Source: Octopus sinensis | Taxonomy: Eukaryota | Assembly: GCF_006345805.1 (NCBI RefSeq) | Contig: NC_042998.1 | Location: 171,740,001 to 171,804,000 of the forward strand | Length of the DNA stretch: 64,000 nt | Reading direction: 5' to 3' | Part shown: positions 12,068 to 23,265 of the stretch, in pieces | Position numbering within the stretch: position 1 is the stretch's first letter | How the letters are laid out: each line of letters begins with the position of its first letter | The notes under the pieces: model-generated | The model's input: the letters and a program-made list of their open reading frames with translations, nothing else | What the model was told of the DNA's origin: nothing | Database searches by the model: none | Program-made: the position numbers and the translations under genes

Positions 12068-12869
12068 TAGAATGTAGAGTAAACTTCCATTAAAGACCAA
12101 TCAAAAATTTTGTGGTGATTGATTTCTTTGTTGATTTATTAGTATCCCTTTGACTAATTCCCATTTGTTCATGTGACCTAATATACTATCTTTCCTCATG
12201 GCCTCATACTCCTCACTTTGCTCTGTGTAATCTCATATAAATATATACCTCATTGGGCCCAATCTCACTTCAACTGTTTGTGGTTTACTGTATGGTTATA
12301 TATGTGGGGTAACAAATCCTATTATTCCAGTGCGTTTTCTGTTTGTATTTGTGCACTACAGCTTAACAGAATACGATTATATTAACAATGAATTCAATAT
12401 ATACATTAGCAATTCTACAAACACCAGACTTGCATAGTTAACAAGCTACAAAAAGTAAGTAATGTAGGATACTTATAGAAATATAAATCAAACAATGTCT
12501 GGCACAATAAAATTTGTACAAATGGCATGGTGTTGATGACCAGGCATTAATTACCATAGTACCATACAGCATAAGTGATGAATAAATACGTATACAGTGT
12601 CAGATTCATATGTTTATTCAAATATATTTAGTCTAGCTGTGAAATAAGATCCTGTGGTTAACTACAGTAATTTTGGCAGCTTAGTCTGAGGTTCTTATTT
12701 CTTTACTGCCCACAAGGGGCTCCAGCTTAGACTGAGGTTCTAAAAGACTAATTTTGTCTTTTATGACCCATGTTATACTGCTGCCCTAGTTAATAATGTC
12801 TCACCATTAACTTTGCTCACCACAATGTCTAGTCTTTGCTGTAATATGACAGATTGTATATCTATGCCA

Positions 12870-13172
12870 ATGGATTGCATACCACTGGCAGGGCCTTCCA
12901 TGCTGGACAGGTCAAAGAATAGAGACTAGACTAATATGGACTGCCTCTTCTTAGAAGTAATAAAAAGGTTTGCATAGTGCCAATACCCTTACCAAAACAA
13001 TAGCAGCTACAGAAGCATCAATGACAATTCAAAACCAGCAGGACCTAGAAGAGGAAGGCTTTCTCTCTGGGAAATACCTCCATACTGAGGGAATAGCCCT
13101 GAAAAGTTGAGAAAAGTGGAGAAAGTTGTCAATGGCCTATGTGCTATAGGGAGCAAAGGGCTTAAATAAGTA
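12870..13172 (+). mobile_element. Short, internally deleted RTE-like element
   Basis: Ends aatggcctatgtgctatagggagcaaagggcttaaataag, resembling RTE 3' termini. Confidence 0.5.
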
Positions 13173-13429
13173 TTAACTTTGAACCATTATGTAAATACTG
13201 TTAAAAAAATTAAATGTAAATGTAAATTTTGTTTACATTTCTATATATAGTCCATTACATACTTTTGGATGTTTGGAGGGCAAAGGTAAACAATTGTTGA
13301 AGAGTTTGTAATGAAAGAGGGAACTAGATAGTTTAATCTTAGCTTAAAGCTGCTTAAAGAGGTATAGTTTAACTACAGCTTTCAATGTGACATTAAACAT
13401 ACTTATTCCTAACTAAGGCTATATAGGCA

Positions 13430-13667
13430 TGTTTATTATATATATATATATATATATCTATGCAAGTATACCATCATCATCATTATTTAACATCCACTTG
13501 GTTTTCCATGTTGGCATGGGTTGGACATTTCATCACAGTCTGAGTCAGTTCTTATTTGGAGTTACTGCCCTCTTAGATGGGTTGGGGACCACGTCTCACT
13601 CGTACATTCCACATTTGGCATGGTTTCTAAAAAAAAAAAAGACAATGGAATGTACGAATGGTATATA

Positions 13668-13763
<96 letters not shown>

Positions 13764-13916
13764 TATATATATATATAATATATATATATATATATAATAT
13801 ATATATATTATATAATATATATAATATAATAATATATATATATAATATATTATATATATATATAATATATATATATATATATAATATATATATATATATA
13901 ATAGTATTATATATAT

Positions 13917-13947
<31 letters not shown>

Positions 13948-13955
13948 TAATATAT

Positions 13956-14006
<51 letters not shown>

Positions 14007-14102
14007 CTATATATATATATATATATAATATATATAATATATATATATATATATATTAATAATATATATATATATATATAATATATTATATATAATATAT
14101 AT

Positions 14103-14138
<36 letters not shown>

Positions 14139-14192
14139 ATATAATATATATAATATAGATATATATATATATAATATATATATATACTATAT

Positions 14193-14266
<74 letters not shown>

Positions 14267-14280
14267 TATATATAATATAT

Positions 14281-14315
<35 letters not shown>

Positions 14316-14396
14316 TAATATATATATATATAATATATATAATATATATATATATATATACTCATATATAATATATATATATACTTATATACATGT

Positions 14397-14443
<47 letters not shown>

Positions 14444-14555
14444 TTACACCCATATATACATATATATATATACACTTATATATTATGTTTATATATGTGT
14501 ATAGATATATACATACACACACATATATACATACACACATACATATACATACACA
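13430..14555. repeat. ~1.1 kb degenerate (TA)n array grading into (TACA)n/(CA)n
   Basis: Directly visible; source of the poly-IY ORFs. Confidence 0.98.
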
Positions 14556-15514
14556 CACGTTGGTCAAACTGGGGCTGTACTAAAATTCCCAACTGCTATT
14601 CAGTTGGAGGAAATCTGGATCTATATGGTTGTTCAATGAAATTCTTAACCACACATGTGCACCCATGCACACACACACGTGTATGCACTTGGCAGTATGG
14701 GCAAGAAATTTGCTGGTCTACTCACCACTTTGGGTAAGTGATTTCTGTTATTACCCCAAATTAATTAATAGCTTATGCTGAGAATATTTTTTAATCACAT
14801 AATTATAAGAAAAGTAGCTCATGATCCTAAAGGAACCCTGTGCACATGCTTCCTTTTAGGGTCCCTGAAACTGGTTACAAGATGAGATAAAAGGATCATT
14901 TAACTAGAGATCTACAACAAAGTGGAATCCTTTAAAGCCACCCAAGAATTTAAGTGGACGATAAATTAATTTAACAAGTGTAGAGTTTGATGGGTGGAAA
15001 CTGTGAAAAAGCCTGCCTATACATCTGCTCTTCCATCTATTTATCTAGCCCCGCCACACACACACACACATACCTGTGAGCATATTATCACAGGTCCTAC
15101 AGGATCTCTTTCCACGAATTATGAGACTTGGTACTTAAATGTCAAGTATCATGGAGATAGGTTAGGGTAACCATGGACCTCTTCTGCAACAAAACATCTG
15201 TTTCTGCCTCTCTGTTACACTCTAATCTTTCATCATCTGACACAAGATCCCATCTTCTAATGCCCCTTCCCCTCTCAAAGACTCCTTGTCTTGCAAAGTT
15301 ACTTGGTGACCCTGCCAGTGCAGGTGCCACTTAAAAAGCACTCAGTCCACGCTGTAGAGTGGTTGGTATTTGGAAGGGCATCCAGCAGTAAAAACCATGC
15401 CAAAACAGACACAGAAGCATGATGCAGGCTCCTGCCTGGCCATCTCCAGTCAAACCATCCAACGCATGCCATTATGGAAGGAGGTTGTTAAATGATGATG
15501 ATGATGATGATATA

Positions 15515-15720
15515 TATCTATATATATATTATATAAAATCCATTCTGTCTGTGTGTGTGTCTTCTAGGATCTCGGGTATCCTCCATCTGATTGCGCTCAA
15601 ATTTGATATGTAGATACCAACGGTATCAGGGCATGTATAAGTCTTGAAAAAATTACAAAAATCGATTCCAGGTGAGAATGCGATCGATAAAGCCGTGGGA
15701 ACGTGCATTTGTATGCACAA
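15515..15720 (+). mobile_element. Probable non-autonomous Helitron-like 5' end
   Basis: a|tctatatatatattatataaaat followed by (ctgt)/(gt) repeats and gcgctcaaatttgatatgtag, the layout of invertebrate non-autonomous Helitrons. Confidence 0.45.
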
Positions 15721-16059
15721 GTACATCAGCTGTTGTGATCGATACTATGCATGTGCAGTTTGTGCAAAAAAGCCAGCTGGCTTGAAATAATGCCACAAAA
15801 TGCAGTATATTTAAGAGACTAAAAAAGTAAGATGCAAGAGAGATATATTCTTCAAATTGGCATGAAGGAAGGAAAGATTATTTGGTTTCTCAAGAAGTTT
15901 TTTTTGCCTTAACTTCTTTTAACAAAACCAAAAATTTTATTTAAATAAAGGCATGCTTAATTATTTTTTAATGAAAAGAAAACACTGATTGCTTTTTATT
16001 TAGCACATCCATTGGACGGGGGGGGGGGGGCGTTTTACTCGTATGTATGTTTGTATGTT

Positions 16060-16770
16060 AAAGCAAAGGCTCAGATGGAGTGGTCATCTTGGTCATGATG
16101 AAGGATTCAAGGATGCCAAAACAGCTCTTTTATGGAGAGTTAGCTAAAGGAGAACAACCCCCATATAAACCAAAAAAGAGGTATAAGGACTTGCTGAAGG
16201 CTTCCTTAAGAGATGCTTGCATCTCTCCTGACACATGGGAGGGCATAGCTATTGATCGTAGCAGGTGGAGAAGGATTGTGCACGAGGGGACAGCTACTTT
16301 TGAGAAATCTCGAGTTGCTCATGAGAAAGTAAGGAGGGATGTCATGAAGGGCATCACTGTTATGTTTCCAGATGGGAAGGGTCTTCCTATGATGCTGGCA
16401 TACAGTGTCTGTGCAAGACCCTGCCTCAGTAAAGCTGGATTCATGAGTCATCTTTGTTGTCATAAAGCAAGACAGATGGGTGACAACCTGGCCACTGGTG
16501 GTGGTATTACACACCATACTAATAATATCTGTCAGGCATGTGGAAGAGAGTGTAATTCGGCAGGAGGATTTAAATGACATGCTAAGGTACATGAGGCCCA
16601 GTTACAACTACAGCTGGCTATTACCGGTAAAGGTTTTAGTTGCCAATTCTGTACAAGATATTGTAGATCTTCGGCTGGGCTAAAAAGTCACATTTGATCA
16701 CAGCATCAATAACAGTTAAGCTTCGTGCAATGGCTATACTCGATAACGAGGGGGCAGCCATAATGTATGT
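16060..16770 (+). mobile_element. 5'-truncated RTE (BovB-like) LINE end with three C2H2-like fingers
   Basis: RWSGHL..MKDSRMPKQLFYGEL...KRYKDLLKASL...DRSRWRRIVHEG, then VCARPCLSKAGFMSHLCCH, CQACGRECNSAGGFK*HAKVH and CQFCTRYCRSSAGLKSHI in one frame. Confidence 0.85.
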
Positions 16771-17836
16771 ACGTATAAGATTAAAAATAAAAGAAGCTGT
16801 ATTAATGCCAAAAGGAAATATTCATTCTCCACTTAAAAGTGGATATTGTGCTACAACACAATATACTGTGCTATTTACCATGAGGGAACCTCTCATATAG
16901 ACTTGTGGTGCATAGAAGAACTTTTTATATTGCTAGTGGGAGATAGTTGCCTGCTATCACCTCCAGGACTATCAAATCACATGATTTTGGCTTTTCTTGG
17001 CCTTGTCAATGGTAGATGTCCATGGTTAGAGATAGCAGCACTTTTCTGTCAGTGGTATATATAGAATCCCAGTGTCTGTTCAGGCACTGGGGTTGCAAAT
17101 AGCCAGTGTATTTTAAAAAAATAATTAATAGTGACAGAAGCAATATTAATTCCAAAAGTTAATATTTATCCCCACTTAAAAGTGAATGTTGTGTTAGTGA
17201 ATGAAAATACTAAAATCAAAACCTCCTTGATAACAAGCCACAAGCATTTTCACACCGACATGATTTAAATATTCGATTGTGAAAGTGAAAGTTGTAAACT
17301 CCAAAACTTGCTGTTACATTGATCATACAAGTACAACATATTCAAAGGTTCGCCGTGCCTTACAACAAAGAGCAACTGCAACACACTATGCAGTAGAACA
17401 TAGAATAAAATTCACTACAAAAATAGATGGTTAATGATGGAAGCATTACTCATAATACAATAAAATGCTTAAATAAACATCACAAACAAAAGAACAATGT
17501 GACTAATCACATATTAATTTAATGCTCAAATTTCAAGTATCAGTCAATACATCAATACATCTAAACAAGTTTGGGTAAAAAGCTCTATGGAAATCACATT
17601 TGCCTACAACTAAATGCAGCAGTTATACATGTCAGTAATAATTTACATCCTGATGATATGGCAGTGAAAGTCTAGAAACACTGGTGGTTATGACAGGTTT
17701 AGGGATGTTATTAAAACTAATAAAAAAGTTAGAACTATAACTTTATTGTATTTGCAACACAACACACAAATATATGATAAGAAACAAATGCACAAATATA
17801 TACATACGATACACATTCTATACATACACGCACGCA

Positions 17837-17892
<56 letters not shown>

Positions 17893-17928
17893 TACATACA
17901 TACATACATACATACATACATACATACA

Positions 17929-17961
<33 letters not shown>

Positions 17962-18156
17962 CAACAAGAAATTTCAAGAAACACTGCATGAGTTAAAAAA
18001 CAATTTGACAACTTCAAAATATGTAGGAGTGATAATAGTAACACGTTCATAATGGAAAGAAATGAGTATAATGCAAAACTAATGATTAATTCAAGGAAAA
18101 TAGCATAGCAAATTTATAAAGATCCAGGAAGACAACAACATCCAACTAAAAGTTAA

Positions 18157-18211
18157 ACGCAATAAACATGCCATGTTTCAATCCTTGCATTGGGATTTCA
18201 TCAGCGACTGT
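18157..18211 (-). ncRNA. Type I hammerhead ribozyme motif, copy 1
   Basis: Minus strand acagtcg-CTGATGA-aatcc caatgcaa ggatt-GAA-acatg g catgt-T. Core, stem II and stem III are intact; the 3' strand of stem I has decayed. Confidence 0.75.
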
Positions 18212-18267
18212 GCACCCTGTTTTACTGTCCACAAACACATTGCATATAAAGCTTTGTTACTCACAGC

Positions 18268-18495
18268 TTAAACCTTTAGTGTTTAAACTGGCCATATCCG
18301 GCCAAAGTTTTCTACCTATTTTATGTTTAAACTGACCAGATCAGGCCTCTCACACCTAACCTACATTGACATTCCAAAAATGAACAATCACGTCATTGAA
18401 ACCTCAAAGCTATAAGATAATGTATGATTAATTAAAAACAATTTGAGTGAAAAAGTATTACGTTTGACAGAGTAATCTGAACACTAAAAGGTTAA
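18268..18495. mobile_element. TTAA-flanked piggyBac-type MITE inserted in the array
   Basis: ttaa(a)cctttag...ctaaaaggttaa termini; second copy at 36973-37200. Confidence 0.7.
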
Positions 18496-18843
18496 GGTAA
18501 ACTGGATTGGCCATTTTATATAAATAATACTTTGCTGGAAGCTCTTTCAAATATTAAATTACTGGTCAGCTAACAGTATTTGGTTTCATTGCTAATAACT
18601 ATAAAATATAGCTAAGAATTTTTTAGACAACATGGTTTATCAATGATACTAAGTAACATGTCAATGCATTCAATATTTTCATGGACAGAAAATGCAGGAA
18701 ACAGCCAGACATAGGGATTTTATCAAGGACTGTATATCTTCTTTTACTATCCATGAGCATATTGCTTTTAAATAATACTTCTTATCAGAATCTTAAATAA
18801 ATCAGATATACTGTGTTTACTCATGTGTAAATTGCACTTATTT

Positions 18844-18943
18844 NNNNNNNNNNNNNNNNNNNNNNNNNNNNNNNNNNNNNNNNNNNNNNNNNNNNNNNNN
18901 NNNNNNNNNNNNNNNNNNNNNNNNNNNNNNNNNNNNNNNNNNN
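18844..18943. other. Assembly gap (100 N)
   Basis: Run of N. Confidence 1.
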
Positions 18944-19033
18944 TTACTATGGATTTTCATCTGTTGATATTTTTTAAAGCCAACAATGTATTAATTGTGT
19001 ACACAATATCTTCATGGACAGAAAAAGCAAGGA

Positions 19034-19087
19034 ACAGCCGGACATGTCATGTTTCAGTCAGTGAATTGGGATTTCATCCCCAACTGT
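19034..19087 (-). ncRNA. Type I hammerhead ribozyme motif, copy 3 (core mutated)
   Basis: acagttg-gGGATGA-aatcc...-GAA-acatg a catgt-C-cggctgt. Stem I (7 bp), stem III and the GUC site are intact. Confidence 0.65.
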
Positions 19088-19257
19088 GCACCTACTTTTA
19101 CTGCCCACGATCATATTGCTTATAAACGCATTATTAATGGAGGTTCAAGCAAAGTAGGTAAACCAATCTGAATATATTACACATTGTTGGCAACTAGTTT
19201 GACTATTAAATCGTTGTTATGTTAACTGTGGCTTGTTTCACTTCCATTTTGTCCTTT

Positions 19258-19680
19258 CAAATCATCATCTTCGTTTAGCATCCGCTTTCCATGCTAGCAT
19301 GGGTTGGATGGTTCAACTGGGGTCTGGGAAGCCAGAAGGCTGCACCCGGCCCAGTTTGATCTGGCAATGTTTCTACGGCTGGATGCCCTTCCTAACGCCA
19401 ACACTCTGCGAGTGTAGTGGGTGCTTTTTACGTGCCACCGGCACAGGTGCCAGACGAGGCTGGCAAACGGCCATGATCGGATGGTACTTTTTACATGCCA
19501 CCGGCACGGGGGCCAGGCGAGGCTGGCAACGACCACAATCGGATGGTGCTTTTTACGTGCGACCGGCACGAGGCCAGTCGGGGCGGCGCTGACAACGGCC
19601 ACGTTCGGATGGTTCTCTTACGTACCACCGGCACTGGTATCACAGCTGCAATTTCCATTGATGTTGATCAATTTCGATAT
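19258..19680 (-). mobile_element. RTE 3'UTR-derived repeat with internal ~60 bp tandem units
   Basis: Closely similar to 42355-42790 and 54950-55290, and matches the LINE 3'UTR at 22450-22790. Confidence 0.85.
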
Positions 19681-19900
19681 ATTTCTTTTTAGCCAACACT
19701 GTGTTTTTAAATGATTGTCAACATGTTTGTATTCATAATATATATTTTCGTGGACAGGAAAAGCAGGCAAGAATATACATATATATACATACATATATAT
19801 ATACGTATGTATATATATATACATACGTATATATATATGTATATATGTGTATATATATATATATTAATTACATAGATGTATACATACAACATATATATAG

Positions 19901-19931
<31 letters not shown>

Positions 19932-19941
19932 CATATTATAC

Positions 19942-19972
<31 letters not shown>

Positions 19973-20064
19973 ACATACATACATATATATATATACATAC
20001 GTACATACATACATACATACATACATACACACACACATATATATATTATATATATATATATATA

Positions 20065-20260
20065 GGGAAAGTTTACGAAAAAAAAAAACAAAAGACGAAG
20101 ACAGGTGGTGTACAAAACAAACAGATGTATTAGTATAGCGCTCAGGAATAGAAAAAGTCTTTTACGTTTCAAGCCTATGCTCTTCTACAGAAAGGTACAC
20201 AGAAAAAACAAGGAGAGAAAAAAAATGTGTGTAGTGGCTAACAATCTATATGTATACTCT
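20065..20260 (-). mobile_element. (TA)n-associated short element with variant minimal hammerhead (Penelope-like)
   Basis: Minus strand cttt-CTGTAGA-agagc atag gctt-GAA-ACGT-A-aaag at 20158-20194; homologues at 23610-23720 (+) and 36760-36950 (-). Confidence 0.55.
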
Positions 20261-20269
20261 TTTTTTAAC

Positions 20270-20636
20270 TCTATTTACTTGTTTCAGTCATTTGACTGCG
20301 GCCATGCTAGAGCACCGCCTTTAATCGAGCAACTCGACCCTGGGACTTATTCTTTGTTAGCCCAGTACTTATTCTATCAGTCTCTTTTGCTGAACCACTA
20401 AGTGACGGGGACATAAACACACCAGCATCGATTGTCAAGCAATGCTAGGGGGACAAACACAGACACACAAACATACACGCACACACATATATATATACAT
20501 ATAGACGACGGGCTTCTTCCAGTTTCCGTCTACCAAATCCACTCACAAGGCTTTGGTTGGTGCCCAAGGTGCCAAGCAGTGGGACTGAACCCAGAACCAT
20601 GTGGTTGGTAAGCAAGCTACTTACCACACAGCCACT
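20270..20636 (-). mobile_element. Abundant tRNA-derived SINE
   Basis: Head gtggctgtgtggtaagtagcttgc...gggttcagtcccactg and tail ...tgactgaaacaagtaaa on the minus strand. Fragments also at 8890, 22820, 28905, 37205, 46000 and 58010. Confidence 0.85.
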
Positions 20637-20806
20637 CACACACACACACATAAATATATGATATATATATATACATTTATAAGAGATAATGGTGTCATTC
20701 AGAACCAAAGGTGTCAGGTAATGCTGAATAAGTGCTAGAGACAGACCATAGTTAAGTTCCTGATTTGGTAATTTTGCGAATAATGGGTTCAACGATGGTT
20801 CTGTCA

Positions 20807-20974
20807 GTGTGTGTATATAAGAATTTTTTGCGTAATAAGATAAAAACCAAGGCTGTATAGATATTAGAGCATTTATAGATAGAAGGTCTGTAAGACCTAT
20901 CTATAAATGCTCTAATATCTACACAGCCTTGTTTCGTATCTTATTTTGCAAAAAATTCTTATATACACACACAC
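20807..20974. repeat. Near-perfect inverted repeat (~80 bp arms, 3-nt loop)
   Basis: gtgtgtatataagaattttttgc...ggtct gta agacc...gcaaaaaattcttatatacacac. Confidence 0.95.
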
Positions 20975-21044
20975 ACGTATATATATAATATATATATATA
21001 TATATTATATATATATATATATATTATATATTATAATACATATA

Positions 21045-21247
21045 AAGAAGAGTTGCAAGTGATTCCAAAGTCGTCTGGAGGCCATGTTTGAAGCTAATGG
21101 CAACTTTATCAAATAGATTTACTCTTTAGTATTTCAAGACAATTTTATGTAATTTTGGTAAATAAATCTGTCAAAATGAGATGGAGATGTCAGTGTTATT
21201 TTCATTTTCGCATAATTTGGATGACAGTTTATTCACTGCAACCTGTA
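21045..21247 (+). mobile_element. 3' end and TIR of a maT/DD37D-like Tc1-mariner element
   Basis: FQSRLEAMFEANGNFIK* resembles FRGRIKAVIEADDGFIE* at about 44600-44650. Ends ...ttcactgcaacctgta|ta; TIR remnant also at 34770-34830. Confidence 0.65.
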
Positions 21248-21452
21248 TATATGTATGTATGTATATATGCATATATATAATACACACACACATATATATA
21301 TATACATACACACATATATATGTATATATATAAGCATATATATATAGATATATATTCAATATTCAATATCTACATATATATATGTGTGTGTGTGTGTGTG
21401 TATAATATATATATATATAATATATATATATAATATATATATAATATATATG

Positions 21453-21541
<89 letters not shown>

Positions 21542-21660
21542 ACATATTAATATTTTGCAGAGATAACAGAATATATTTGTTACTTCTAATATTAATATAA
21601 ATATATATATATATATATACTCATATTTTGAGTTATGTTTCTCTTGTTTGCACCAGCATA

Positions 21661-21695
<35 letters not shown>

Positions 21696-21879
21696 AAAAT
21701 AGTAAAAAGTGAAAATACTACAGAAGGCTTGTTTTAAAAGGTTAAAAAATATATATTTGAATCATTATGTCTGAAGAATGTTATAAATTTTTTTCATACA
21801 ATGACATAGTTTTACTATTTTCTATATATTCAACCACGTGCTTTCACACACCAACTTTCTCACCTATATATATATAAAC

Positions 21880-22790
21880 CTTTGTACTTGGCTTTTGTTG
21901 ACTTGGAGAAAGCCTTTGATAGGGTCCCTGATCCCTTATCTAGTGGTCAATTCAGAAACTACATGGCAGTGAAACATGGGCTGTGACTACTGAGGATATG
22001 CGTAAGCTCGCAAGAAATGAAGCCAGTATGCTCCGATGGATGTGTAATATCAGTGTGTAAGTACCTTGAGAGAAAAGTTGGACCTAAGAAGCATCAGATG
22101 TAGTGTGCAAGAGAGACGATTGTGCTGATATGGTTATGTGGCGAGAATGGATGAAGATAGCTGTGTGAAAAAGTACCACACCCTAGCGGTTGAGGGAACC
22201 TGTGGAAGAGGTAGACCCAGGAAAACCTGGGATGAGGTGGTGAAGCTCGACCTTTGAACTTTAGGTCTCACCAAGGCAATGACTAATTACCGAGACCTTT
22301 GGAAATATACTGTGCATGAGAAGACCCCAGCAGGACAAGTGAGACCATAACCCGTGGTCTTTACCTGGGATGTAGCCAGTCCACTTATGCATACCTTTCC
22401 TTCTTGGGACACAAAACTCTGCTTGCAAAGACCTGTTGAGGCAAGTGAAATCGAAATCAATCAAAAATCAATGGAAACTGTAGTTGTGATACTAGTGCTG
22501 GTGGCACGTAAAAGAACCATCCAAATGTGGCCGTTGCCAGCACTGCCTTGACTGGCCTCCATGCCAGTGGCACGTAAAGAGCACCAACCGATTGTGGAAG
22601 TTGCCAGCCGCGCCCTGCACGTAAAAAACACCTACTACACTCACGGAGTGGTTGGTGTTAGTAAGGGCATCAGCTGTAGAAACACTGCCAGATCAGACTG
22701 GGCCTGGTGGAGCCTCCTGGCTTCCCAGACCCCGGTCGAACCGTCCAACCCATGTTAGCATAGAAAGCGGATGTTAAACGATGACGATGA
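21880..22790 (+). mobile_element. Internally deleted RTE LINE with full 3'UTR and (GAT)n tail
   Basis: DLEKAFDRVP, then LARNEASMLRWMCN and GTCGRGRPRKTWDEVVK, followed by the 3'UTR. Confidence 0.9.
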
Positions 22791-23191
22791 TGATGATGAT
22801 ATATATATATTTATACAAAAGGCTTTGGTCGTCCCGAGGCTATAGTAGAAGACACTTGCCCAAGGTGCCATGCACACTCAGTAGTACTATAAAAAGAGTC
22901 AAAATTCCTGCAAAAGTTCAATTTGAAAACTCCACTAGGTGGACGAAAGCGCAAATATATGATATATGATTTATAAAAACATGTAATGTACTAATAAATA
23001 TCTGTAAATATAAAACCATCCAGATTTCTGAGTACCTCATTTCTTCTAATATATGTATGTATACATATATATATAGGTATATGTATATACATATATATGT
23101 ATATGTATATATATGTATATGTATACATTTATAGGTATATGTATACACACACATATATATCTATATATCTATCTACCTATCTATCTATCTA

Positions 23192-23262
<71 letters not shown>

Positions 23263-23265
<3 letters not shown>

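Larger units (their letters stand above)
18150..19775 (-). repeat. Degenerate tandem array of ~310-320 bp monomers (4 copies) bearing hammerhead motifs
   Basis: The anchor tggacag(a/g)aaa recurs at about 18682, 19015 and 19751, and ggattt(c/t)atc..actgt at about 18192, 18715 and 19068. Spacing is ~310-320 bp after removing the inserted MITE and RTE-3'UTR copy. Confidence 0.8.

Noticed and set aside
13429-14737. IY/HT/CV-repeat ORFs here and at 17688-18052, 19701-20172, 21363, 22918, 38840 and 50049
   Set aside because: Dinucleotide and tetranucleotide microsatellites.
15074-15183. Minus-strand exon with strong splice signals
   Set aside because: Stops in all three frames, adjacent to repeat sequence, and such signal pairs are expected by chance.
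19430-19640. CRISPR-like ~60 bp repeats
   Set aside because: Tandem units without unique spacers inside an RTE 3'UTR, in eukaryotic context with no cas genes.
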